Below, piece by piece: positions 1-10,300 of a stretch of 64,000 bases of DNA (its first letter is position 1; each line of letters begins with the position of its first letter). Under the pieces are notes generated by a model. The model saw only the letters and a list, made by a program, of their open reading frames with translations, had not been told where the DNA came from and ran no database searches. Made by a program: the position numbers and the translations under genes. Source of the stretch: an uncultured Flavobacteriales bacterium (GTDB lineage: Bacteria > Bacteroidota > Bacteroidia > Flavobacteriales_C > GCA-002722245). The stretch lies in the NCBI GenBank assembly GCA_905182585.1, contig CAJJCC010000023.1:998-64997 (forward strand), written 5' to 3'.

Positions 1-1
1 T

Positions 2-433
2 GCTCAAGGGCATACTGGAAGTGTATTTGAAATTCAAATTTTCAATACTATTTTAAAAACACCAGATAACAAGCATATTATTATTCCGAATGGTGGACTT
101 TCAACTGGTTCGATGGTTAATTTTTCAAAGGAAGCAACTCGAAGAGTAGATTGGACATTTGGAATTGGATACGGTGATGATATTGATAAAGCAAAAGAAG
201 TTTTAAGCACACTGATCCAAACTGATTCAAGAATTAAACAAGATCCTGAACCATTTATTGCAGTTAGTGAATTAGGTGATAGTTCGGTTAATCTTGCAGT
301 TAGAGTTTGGGTTGATGCTTCAGATTACTGGGGTGTTTACTTCGCTATGAATGAAAGTGTATATAAAACATTTGATAAAGAAGGATTAAGTATTCCTTAC
401 CCTCAAATGGATGTTCACGTTCAAAATAATTAA
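2..433 (+). CDS. MscS-family mechanosensitive channel, C-terminal part (5' end lies outside the window)
   Basis: The frame is open from base 2 (AQGHTGSVFEIQIFNTILKTPDNKHIIIPNGGLSTGS...) and runs into listed ORF 113..433. The '...IIIPN..L....v.N.S' beta-domain followed by a small alpha/beta C-terminal domain is the conserved MscS core pattern. Confidence 0.8.
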   Translation, partial: AQGHTGSVFEIQIFNTILKTPDNKHIIIPNGGLSTGSMVNFSKEATRRVDWTFGIGYGDDIDKAKEVLSTLIQTDSRIKQDPEPFIAVSELGDSSVNLAVRVWVDASDYWGVYFAMNESVYKTFDKEGLSIPYPQMDVHVQNN

Positions 434-450
434 TACGAAGACTTTTTTAA

Positions 451-1371
451 ATGAAACATTTACTAATCGCAATAGCTTTAACATACTCAATTTCTACTTT
501 TTCGCAAGTTACAGATGCTGAGAAAAACTTAAAAACAGAGTCGAAAACGGATACTGTGAAATCTTGGGGTAAAGGAGCATTGTTTAACCTTGGATTTAGT
601 CAAGTAACTTTATCAAACTGGGCCGCAGGAGGTAATAATTCTGTTTCTGTAAACGGAATTGCAAACTTTTACTCAAACTTCACAGGAAAAAAATCATCTT
701 GGGAAAACACATTGAATCTTGGGTATGGTTTACTTAAACAAGATAAAGCGAATCTTCAAAAAACAGATGATAACATCGAGTTAACCTCCAAGTATGGACG
801 AAAAGCGACCGAAAAATGGTTTTATGCTGGACTTTTAAACTTTAAGACGCAATTTGCTGGCGGGTATAACTATCCAAACGATTCCGTTTCAATATCTTCA
901 TTTATGGCTCCAGGTTATTTATTAGGTGCCGCAGGAATGAACTACAAACACAAAGACGTTTTGGGTTTGTTTCTCTCTCCTATTACATCTAAGACAACTT
1001 TTGTATTAGACGAAAAATTAGCTGATGTGGGTGCTTTTGGAGTTGATGAAAGAAAACATGTTAGACATGAAATTGGAGGGTACGTCCGTGCTAATTACCA
1101 AAAGGACATCATGGAGAATGTTAAATTAACAACTACTTTGGGTTTATTCTCTAATTACTTAAACAATCCACAAAACATTGATATTAACTGGGATTTAATG
1201 ATTTTAATGAAAGTCAATAAATTAATTACAGTCAGTATTAACACGAACCTTATTTATGACGACGATGCTAAAATTACGAGAGATGATGACGGAGACGGAA
1301 TTAATGAAGTTAACGGACCAAGAACTCAATTTAAAGAAATTATTACTTTAGGATTATCTTATAAATTATAA
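451..1371 (+). CDS. Secreted, probably outer-membrane beta-barrel protein, DUF3078-like
   Basis: N-terminal signal peptide (MKHLLIAIALTYSISTFSQ). The 'FSQVTLSNWAAGGNNS' motif, alternating beta-strand-like pattern and terminal aromatic-rich strand (GLSYKL) resemble the DUF3078 family as I remember it. Confidence 0.55.
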   Translation: MKHLLIAIALTYSISTFSQVTDAEKNLKTESKTDTVKSWGKGALFNLGFSQVTLSNWAAGGNNSVSVNGIANFYSNFTGKKSSWENTLNLGYGLLKQDKANLQKTDDNIELTSKYGRKATEKWFYAGLLNFKTQFAGGYNYPNDSVSISSFMAPGYLLGAAGMNYKHKDVLGLFLSPITSKTTFVLDEKLADVGAFGVDERKHVRHEIGGYVRANYQKDIMENVKLTTTLGLFSNYLNNPQNIDINWDLMILMKVNKLITVSINTNLIYDDDAKITRDDDGDGINEVNGPRTQFKEIITLGLSYKL

Positions 1372-1418
1372 TTTATACTTTCGTAAACTTTTATCTTAAA
1401 CCAATTATATTTCTCATT

Positions 1419-1979
1419 ATGCAAGCTAAAGATGCTATACAAAACTTAAAGTCTGGAAACGCTAGGTTTTTAGAAGGAAAGGTTGAAAGAAACAATCAAG
1501 ACTCCGCAAGAATTGAGAGTTTAACTAAAGGACAAGCTCCATGGGCAATCATTTTAAGTTGTGCAGACTCACGTGTTGTTCCTGAGTTAGCATTTGATGT
1601 AGGTTTAGGTGAATTATTTGTAATTAGAGTTGCAGGTAATATTGCTAATAAATCAACAGTTGCTTCTATCGAGTACGCAATTGCAAATTTAGGAACAAAG
1701 TTAATTGTTGTAATGGGTCATGAAAGTTGTGGCGCAGTTGGGGCTGCTTTGGCAAATGGTGGCGGAAGTGTAAGCTTAGATCACTTGTTGGCTGAAATCA
1801 AACCAGCTATTGCGCAATCAGAATCAACTGATATAAACGAAGTTGTTAAAGTTAATGCTCGGCTTTCAGCTGAAAATTTATTAGCAAGATCATCAATTAT
1901 TAGCGATGCTGTTAAAAATGAAGGTGTTGAAGTTATAAGTGCTTTTTACCATTTATCAAACGGAAAAGTAGACTTATAA
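1419..1979 (+). CDS. Beta-class carbonic anhydrase
   Basis: Zinc-ligand motifs CADSRV (Cys-x-Asp-x-Arg) and HESCGAV (His-x-x-Cys) at the correct spacing. Length is about 186 aa. Confidence 0.9.
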   Translation: MQAKDAIQNLKSGNARFLEGKVERNNQDSARIESLTKGQAPWAIILSCADSRVVPELAFDVGLGELFVIRVAGNIANKSTVASIEYAIANLGTKLIVVMGHESCGAVGAALANGGGSVSLDHLLAEIKPAIAQSESTDINEVVKVNARLSAENLLARSSIISDAVKNEGVEVISAFYHLSNGKVDL

Positions 1980-2001
1980 GGTGCATTCTTTATGTACATC
2001 T

Positions 2002-2030
2002 AAAGCCTCCGCACAAGTGAGGCTTTTTTT
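2002..2030 (+). terminator. Rho-independent terminator after the carbonic anhydrase gene
   Basis: aaagcctc / gaggcttt 8-bp stem (2002..2009 and 2019..2026) followed by a T7 run. Confidence 0.6.
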
Positions 2031-2126
2031 ATGATTAAAATCAATGAAGAACACATCATTAAATTCAATGATTAAAATTGGTCTCCAAGGCTAGCTTTAC
2101 TAACTTTATAAAAAAAATCAACAATT

Positions 2127-2747
2127 ATGGCTGCTCGTCAAGTACCAGTAACAGTATATGCGGAGATGACTCCCAACCCTGAAGTAATGAAGTTTGTTGC
2201 AAACAAAGTTCTTAACCCAGGAGCACCTTTAGACTACTCAAGCAGTGATGATACAGCTGGTTCGCCATTAGCTGAAGCCGTTTTAAATTTCCCGTTTGTA
2301 GAGAACGTTTTTATTTCTAGCAATTACGTTTCGGTAACAAAAAACGATAAAATTGATTGGGATATGGTTGTTATGGAAACGCGTAACTTCATTTCTGATT
2401 ATTTAAGAAATGATAAAGAAATTATCAAAAAAGACGCCCTACAACCACACGCGATTAAATCTGATCAATTAGACGATAAAAAAGGTGAAGAGGTTAAGTT
2501 TAATGTATCTACAAGTGATTTAGATGAGAAAATAATTGATGCCTTAAACGAATATATTCGTCCTGCTGTTGAAAGTGATGGTGGATCGATTGATTTTGTT
2601 GGATTCAAAGAAGGAGTCGTAAATGTTGCCCTAAGAGGTGCTTGTTCTGGTTGTCCGTCATCAACGGTAACTTTAAAACAAGGTATCGAAGGTTTACTTA
2701 CTAGAATGTTCCCAGAAGTAAAATCTGTAGAATCTGTAAGTTTATAA
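2127..2747 (+). CDS. NifU/Nfu-type Fe-S cluster assembly protein (Nfu N-terminal domain plus NifU C-terminal domain)
   Basis: C-terminal 'VALRGACSGCPSSTVTLKQGIE' CxxC motif typical of the NifU C-terminal domain. N-terminal 'YAEMTPNPEVMKF' matches the scaffold Nfu N-domain. Confidence 0.85.
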   Translation: MAARQVPVTVYAEMTPNPEVMKFVANKVLNPGAPLDYSSSDDTAGSPLAEAVLNFPFVENVFISSNYVSVTKNDKIDWDMVVMETRNFISDYLRNDKEIIKKDALQPHAIKSDQLDDKKGEEVKFNVSTSDLDEKIIDALNEYIRPAVESDGGSIDFVGFKEGVVNVALRGACSGCPSSTVTLKQGIEGLLTRMFPEVKSVESVSL

Positions 2748-2788
2748 ATTGACACTTAAATATTTTTTCCAAAAAAATATAATTACCT

Positions 2789-2816
2789 AAACCCGCTGAC
2801 TATCAGTGGGTTTTTT
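2789..2816 (+). terminator. Rho-independent terminator after the NifU gene
   Basis: aaacccgctga / tcagtgggttt hairpin (one G-U pair) followed by a T6 run. Confidence 0.55.
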
Positions 2817-2908
2817 GTTTTTATTAGACTCGTTTATGCGATAATTAAATATCAGTCTGTATCCTTTAAGTACTTGTTTGTTATAGTCACACAATAACAA
2901 CTAGCCAA

Positions 2909-4207
2909 ATGAAAAAGATTATTCTAACAGCCATTATAGGAATTACATTTTTACAATCATGTAAAAAGCCAACTCCAATTTACACAGATATTGATTACAC
3001 AAACACTAATGAAACGGCGACACTCCAAGAAGAGTTACTTCAGTTTGCTCCACAACCGAAGTATAGCATTGTTAATTCAAACGAAGTCATTTCTATAACA
3101 ACTGATAAGGGAAATATCATAAGCTTTCCTAAAAGAGCCTTTGCTGACCAAAACGGTAATGCAATTACGGGGAATGTTGAAGTGAGTATTACAGAGATTA
3201 CCACTAAAGCAGAAATGATTCTGTCAGACATGCCTACTAATTCTGATCAAGGGCCTTTAGAATCTCAAGGTGAGTTTTTAGTTGAAGTAAAACAAAACAA
3301 TAATATTTTAAAACTTGCAGATGGTGTTTCCTTCGGTATCCAAAACCCAAACTCAACCATTAATTCAAATATTCAAGGATGGAATTGGGTTGAGAAAGGT
3401 GAAGGTGAAGTAACTACTTTCGGACAAAACGGTACTTGGACAGCCACAGAATTTCAAGGAAATAATTCTTGCGATATAATGAGCAACCTCTTATTCGATT
3501 TATCTTTAACAACCAATGAAACAGATCCACAAGAAATTTGGAAAATAATCCAAGGAATGAAGTATTCATTAGAATCCAGCATAAAAAAAGAATTTAATAA
3601 AGACGGTCCTTTTGATTATTTAATTAATGTTCCAATTGATAACGAGGGAGAAAGTACATACTTATCTTTTAATTCCGAAAATGATGAATGGGCTTATACT
3701 AAATCAATTACTTGGGTTACTAAGTATGGATTAAGAGATCAAGAAACAACCACATATACAAACTATGATTTAGGAGAAGACGTTAATAGTCTTGGATGCG
3801 AAATTTCACTGGATTCTACATTTTCATTTAGCCTTAATCCTAATGTTATTTCATTAAATTTCAATACGCTTAACTGGTGTAATATTGATCAATTAATTTC
3901 TGAATATGGCGCTTCAGATGATTGTAAAATTAATGCAATTGGAATTCCTAAAACAGCGAAAGTACAGTTTGTTTTTCCTGATTTAAATGGTGTGTTATCA
4001 AGTTGGTCTTTAAAGGATGGAGAGTTTAATATCGATCGTCTTCCAACTGGAATGCCGATTCAAGTTGTACTGTACTATCAACAAGATGGTAAAATAATGT
4101 TTGGATTAGAAACAATTACCGCATCTAAAGACATGAATTTCAATGTTGCCAATATTATTGAATTAGACGATATTAATACCTTAGCTGAACGAATTGAAAA
4201 CTTATAA
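2909..4207 (+). CDS. Hypothetical lipoprotein
   Basis: Signal peptide with lipobox (ITFLQSC). Long ORF with coding-like composition. No catalytic motif recognised. Confidence 0.6.
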   Translation: MKKIILTAIIGITFLQSCKKPTPIYTDIDYTNTNETATLQEELLQFAPQPKYSIVNSNEVISITTDKGNIISFPKRAFADQNGNAITGNVEVSITEITTKAEMILSDMPTNSDQGPLESQGEFLVEVKQNNNILKLADGVSFGIQNPNSTINSNIQGWNWVEKGEGEVTTFGQNGTWTATEFQGNNSCDIMSNLLFDLSLTTNETDPQEIWKIIQGMKYSLESSIKKEFNKDGPFDYLINVPIDNEGESTYLSFNSENDEWAYTKSITWVTKYGLRDQETTTYTNYDLGEDVNSLGCEISLDSTFSFSLNPNVISLNFNTLNWCNIDQLISEYGASDDCKINAIGIPKTAKVQFVFPDLNGVLSSWSLKDGEFNIDRLPTGMPIQVVLYYQQDGKIMFGLETITASKDMNFNVANIIELDDINTLAERIENL

Positions 4208-4230
4208 ATTCCAATAGTTACTTTACAGTA

Positions 4231-4257
4231 AAGGGTTCCTTAAGGAGCCCTTTTATT
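4231..4257 (+). terminator. Hairpin plus T-run between the convergent genes 2909..4207 and 4360..11622
   Basis: aagggttcc ttaa ggagccctt hairpin (one G-U pair) followed by ttttattta. Confidence 0.5.
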
Positions 4258-4359
4258 TATAGCTCTTTTCTTGCCTTTAGATAATGTTACCATTACAATC
4301 AATAGAGTTCTTAATACATGAGCTTAACAATTATTTTTTCGTGATTTATCTTTTAGTAG

Positions 4360-7300
4360 TTATCTCAAAACAGTAACTGTTCCTACTTTTTGACGAGGTT
4401 TTAATCCTCCATAATCTTCTTCGGTTCGGTAGAAAATTTTCCAAACATAAACATCAATTGGAACAATGTTTCCGTTTACTTTTCCATCCCATTTATCATC
4501 CATACTCGTTGAATGAAAAATTTGCTCTCCCCACCTATTAAACACATAGAAATCGAAATTGGTAATGTTGACTCCTTGAGGACCAAAACCGTCATTTATT
4601 CCATCATAATCTGGAGTAAATGCATTTGGAACATATATTTCAGAAATACATTTCCGATCAACTACAACTGTATCCATCCCAGTACATCCGTCAGCGTTCG
4701 TTGCAGTTACATAATAAGTACCTTCTATATCAATAATAATATCATTTGATGATTCACCATTACTCCAAAGAACTTCATCTCTTGAACTAGCCACAACGTT
4801 TAATGCTAATTCTCCAATTTCTTGCATACAAACAACCGTATCTGAAGTAGCTAATGGAATAGGGTTAAAGGAGACATTTACTTCAATCTCATCTTGATTC
4901 ATACATCCGTTCACATCTGTAATAGTGGCTATAAATATGCCCTCAACAGTCGTCTCCAAGCTGTCCGAAACTAAACCAATATTCCAAGTAACTGTTCCTG
5001 ATCCTGAATTGTTTCCAATTATTGCACTTTCACCTTCACAAATAATAACGTCGGGTCCTAAATCAATTGAAGGAATCGAGTTGTATGATGCAAAAATATT
5101 AATAGAATCTTTACAACCATTTCCGTTCATTACAACCACTTCATGCGTTCCGGTCTCCGTAATATCCAATGTTGCGGTAGTTTCTCCGTTAGGCTTCCAT
5201 GTGTAAGTCCCCAAAGGTAATTGAGGCGTTAAAGTAATTACTTCTCCCTCACATGCTACTCGATCCGCATATGCAGGAATTACAGGCTTAGCGTTAATGC
5301 TAAACACTCCAGATCCTGATCCACTACAATTGTTTGTATCCACTACAGTAACAGTGTAAACAGCCTCACTCGTTACATTTATTGTTTGTGTATTATCTCT
5401 CGAACTCCATGAGTAAGAAACATAGTTTCCAGTAGTCATCGTTGCAACTTCACCTTCACAAACACTTGTATCCTTTACAACAGGGATTGGATTTGGATTA
5501 ACAGTTACATCAATCTCATCATATCCTGCGCAACCACCACCGTTACTTACAAAAACATTATAAGAATCGGATGTTCCAACTGTTATGCTTGAGTTCATTG
5601 AACCATTACTCCATAAGTAAGTATGTGTATTTGGATTAAAACCAGGTATTGTGATTTCAAATGTTTCACCTTCACATAATGTTTGATCAATAGGTAATAC
5701 AACGTCTAACGCTGGTAAGTTAGTTAACTCAGCAGTATCAACCGCTGTACATCCATTACCATCAGTTACCAATACCGATACCTCTTGAGGATCTAGTGCT
5801 GTAAAAGTTTCATCCGTTGATAGATCTTGCCATACATAAGATGCAAATCCGTTTTGAACTGTAGAGAAAGTGACATCATTTCCTGGACAAACCTCTACAT
5901 CATTTCCGATACTTACCGTTGGATTCGCATTGATAATCAAATCAACTTCATCTATTCCTACACATCCATTAACATCTGTAACAACTACTGAATAAGTTCC
6001 ACTAGTCCATTTTGTTAAAGTTTGATTTACCGTAAAATCACTCCATACATAAGAAGTAAATATTGCTGCATCAAATGTGGTTGTATCTCCATCACAAATT
6101 GATTGATTATTTCCTAAGTCTACAATTGGATTAGCATGAACAATAATTTCAACCGTATCATTTCCAGTACAACCATTCTTATCCGTTACGTCAACAAAAT
6201 AAGTTCCTGAAGCATTTACCGTAATGTTATCAGTTGTTTCAAGAGTGTTCCAAACAAACGTGTTAAACGTTACCGAATAACCAGATAATAAGTCAATTGT
6301 ATTTCCAGCACAAGTATCTAAATCGGGTCCTAAATCAACCAACAAGGCATTTCTTACAAAGATCTCTGCGGTGTCTCTACCAATACATCCATTTACATCT
6401 GTTACCGTTACATAAACTTGTTCCTCTATTGAACTTGAATATGAATTAGTAGTTGTTCCATCTTGCCACACATAACCTACATATATTCCTGCATCAAATA
6501 ACGCTTTAGATCCTGGACAAACTGTTTGATCATTTCCTAGAGCTACAATTGGATTAATATTTACTGTCAGTAAAGCTGTATCAGAAGCTTCACAACCGTT
6601 AATATCTGTTACTGATACAATATAATTTGCAGTAGAATCAACATCGATTACTTGACTTGTTTCTAACGTATTCCATATTATAGTTGACCAACGTGTTCCA
6701 GCATCAAACGATTCACTCATTCCTTCACAAATTGCCTTATCAATTCCTAAGTCAACAACTGGTAATAAGTTGATTGCTAAATTCATGGTATCACCACCAG
6801 CACATCCATTTACATCTTGCACTAAAACACCATAAACTCCTACTGTCCCTTTTGTTATTTCATTTGTAGTTTCACCAGTATTCCATAAGAAAGTATAACC
6901 TACAGATGGATAACCTGATGAGATAGTAACTGTTTCGCCTTCACAAACTGCAGTATCATTTCCTAAATCAACTGGTAAACTTATTGCCATGAATATTTCA
7001 GCAGTATCAGATGCTATGCAACCATCAAAATCTAGCACATCAACATAAACTACTGAAGCTACATCTACTACATAAGTTTGATTACCTGTGGCATCTTGCC
7101 AAGTGTATGTTGTAAATGTTCCGGCATCAAAACTTGCCGTTGTTCCTGGGCAAATTGTAATATCCGATCCTAAATCTACAGTTGCTCCTCTAAAGAAATT
7201 AAAGTCTGCTGTATCCGTTGCCGAACATCCATTTGCATCTGTAACATCAACATAATAAGTTCCTGCTGTATTTACTGTTAAATCACCAGCCGTTGAAGCA

Positions 7301-10300
7301 TCATTCCAAAGAACTGTTGTCCATGATGAGCCTACTGTGAATAAGGAATCAAAATCTGGACAAACCGTTACATCTGGTCCTAAGTCTACAGTTGGATTTA
7401 GATTAACTATTACTACGATTGAATCACTTCCAGAACATCCTGTAATATCTTCTACTTCCACTCCGTAAATCCCAGTTGAATTAACTGTAATTGTTGGTGT
7501 AGTTTCTCCTGTGTTCCAACTAAATGTGTATCCTGTCACTGGATATCCAGCGTCTAGCATTACAGTTTCACCATCACAAACTGCAGTGTCGTTACCTAAA
7601 TTAATTGGTAAACTTGTTGCCATAAATATTTCTGCTGTATCAGATGCTATACAACCGTCTGCATCCATTACATCAACATAAACTACTTCTTCAATATTTC
7701 CTGTGTAAGTCTGATTTCCTGTAGCATCTTGCCATGTGTAAGATGCAAATGTTCCGGCATCAAAACTTGCTGTTGTTCCTGGACAAATTGTAATATCTGA
7801 TCCTAAATCTATTGTTGCTCCTGAGAAGAATTTAAAGTCTGCCGTATCTGTTGCTGTACACCCATTCACATCGATTACATCAACATAATATGTTCCTACT
7901 GTATTTACAGTTAAATCATCTCCAGTTGAAGCATCATTCCAAAGAACTGACGACCATACTGAACCTACTGTAAATAAGGAGTGAAAATCTGGACAAACTC
8001 TTACGTCGGGTCCTAAATCAACTGTTGGATTTAAATTAACGGTTACTATAATTGTGTCTTCACCAGAACATCCCATTGAATCGGTTACTAGTACAGAATA
8101 AGTTCCAGATGTTGTAATATCAATCGCTTGTGTAGATTCCAATGTTGGTTGCCAAGCGTAAGTTGCTCCTGCAATTATTCCTGCATCAACCGTTAAAATA
8201 TTCCCATCACAAAAAGCAGTATCCGAACTTAAGTTTACATATAACTGATCTGCAACAATAACCTCAACAGTATCTTTTGTTGAGCATCCGTTTGTGTCCG
8301 TTACTAATACATTAAAAACACCTGCATTTACATCAGTTACGTCAATAGTTTGAGTCATTGTCCCATCATTCCAGATGTAATTCGCTAGGTTTGAAGTAGC
8401 GTCTAGCGTTACTAAACTTCCAGGACATATTGTAATATCACTTCCTAAATCAATAACTGGTAGATCATTTACTTTTAAGTTGATCGTATCAGAAGCTTTA
8501 CAACCATTTACATCCGTAACCTCAACAGCATAATCACCATCAACGTTCGTAGTAATTATTTGAGTTGTTTCTGAATTTGGAATCCATGCGTATGACGCAT
8601 AAGTTCCGGCATCAAGAGTAACTGCGGCGTCACCAATACAAATTGCTGTATCAACTCCTAAATCTGGCGTTGGCAATGGATTTACCATTAATACTACTGT
8701 GTCGTTTGCCTCACAACCGTTTGCATCTGTAACTGTTACAATATATTCTCCATCTACATCCGTAACGATTGTTTGTGTTGTTTCCGAGTTTGGTTTCCAT
8801 GCATATGATGCATAAGTTCCCGCATCGAAAGTCATCTCTGGATCACCTGCACAAATTGCTGTGTCATTTCCTAAATTTGGTGTTGATAATGGATTTACCG
8901 TTAATACTACGGTGTCATTCGCTTCACAACCGTTACCGTCAGTTACTGTTACGATATACTCTCCATCAACATCAGTTGAAATCGTTTGAGTTATTTCTGA
9001 ATTTGGTTGCCATGAGTATGAAGCATAAGTCCCTGCATCGAAGGTAATTGCGGCATCTCCAATACAAATTTCTTCATCATCGCCTAAAGCAGGTGTTGGT
9101 AATGGGTTTATTGTTAAAACTACTGTGTCATTCGCTTCACAACCATTCCCGTCAGTTACTGTTACTACGTATTCACCATCTACATCTGTACTGATTGTTT
9201 GCGTAATTTCTGAATTTGGTTGCCATGCATAAGAAGCATATGTTCCGGCATCAAAAGTGACTGCGGCATCTCCAATACAAATTCCTTCATCATCTCCTAA
9301 ATCAGGTGTTAGTAATGGGTTGACTGTTAAAACTACTGTATCGTTTACTTCACAACCGTTTGCATCAGTTACTGTTACGATATATTCTCCATCAACATCA
9401 GTACTAATTGTTTGCGTAATTTCTGAGTTCAGTTGCCATACATAAGACACATAAGTTCCGGCATCGAAAGTGACTGCTGCATCACCTGCACAAATTTCTT
9501 CATCATCACCCAAATCAGGTGTTGGCAATGGATTTACGGTTAAAACTACGGTGTCATTCGCTTCACAACCGTTAGCATCAATTACCGTTACGATATACTC
9601 ATCAGCATCGGAAGTAGAAATTGTTTGCGTAATTTCTGAGTTCGGTTGCCATGCATAAGAAACATATGTTCCGGCATCAAAAGTAACTGCAGCGTCTCCA
9701 ATACAAATTTCTTCATCATCGCCTAAATCTGGCGTCGGTAGTGAATTTACGGTTAGCGTTACAGAATCTCTTGCTGAACAAGAATTCGCATCGGTAACGG
9801 TCACTTTATATTCTCCTGCAACATCTATTGAAATGGTTTGTGTGATTTCTGAATTTGGTTCCCATGAATACGAAACAAAACTTCCTGGATCAAAAACCAC
9901 TGCTGGATCATTAATACAAATTGCGGTATCATTTCCTAAATCTGGTTCTGGTAATGGGTTTACAATAATATAAACGGAATCATAACAAACCTCCGCACCG
10001 TCGGTTACTGTATACAATAGTTTATAGGTTCCGTCTGCAACCGAAAGGTTTGATGCGTCAAATACGGTATCTGTTCCAGGTGTAATAACAGGAAAAGTTC
10101 CCGATGGCATTGAATCTATAGTCCATAATCCATCAGCACTCCCATCAAGTACTAAATCATCTAAAGCATATGTTTCTCCAACACAAATTTCAGGTTCAAC
10201 ATCGTCCACATCTACTTCACATAAAACACAATTGTTTACTACGATCCATATTGTATCGTTAACACTACAATATTCAAATATTATTTCATGAGTTCCTTCT

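Noticed and set aside
2465-2755. Minus-strand ORF overlapping the 3' half of the NifU gene
   Set aside because: The plus-strand frame carries the conserved NifU CxxC domain. The antisense product has no motif and a Ser/Thr/Pro-rich shadow composition.
4513-9658. Plus-strand ORFs 4513..4749, 4925..5206, 8769..9047, 9257..9445 and 9470..9658, inside the 2420-aa minus-strand gene
   Set aside because: These are antisense shadow ORFs of a long gene with strong repeat and domain logic. Their translations are low-complexity, and the 9257 and 9470 ORFs merely mirror the 213-nt coding repeat.
8464-9954. Regularly spaced 213-nt direct repeats that could superficially suggest a CRISPR-like or satellite array
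   Set aside because: The repeats are contiguous with no unique spacers, in frame, and encode a conserved protein module. There are no cas genes in the window.
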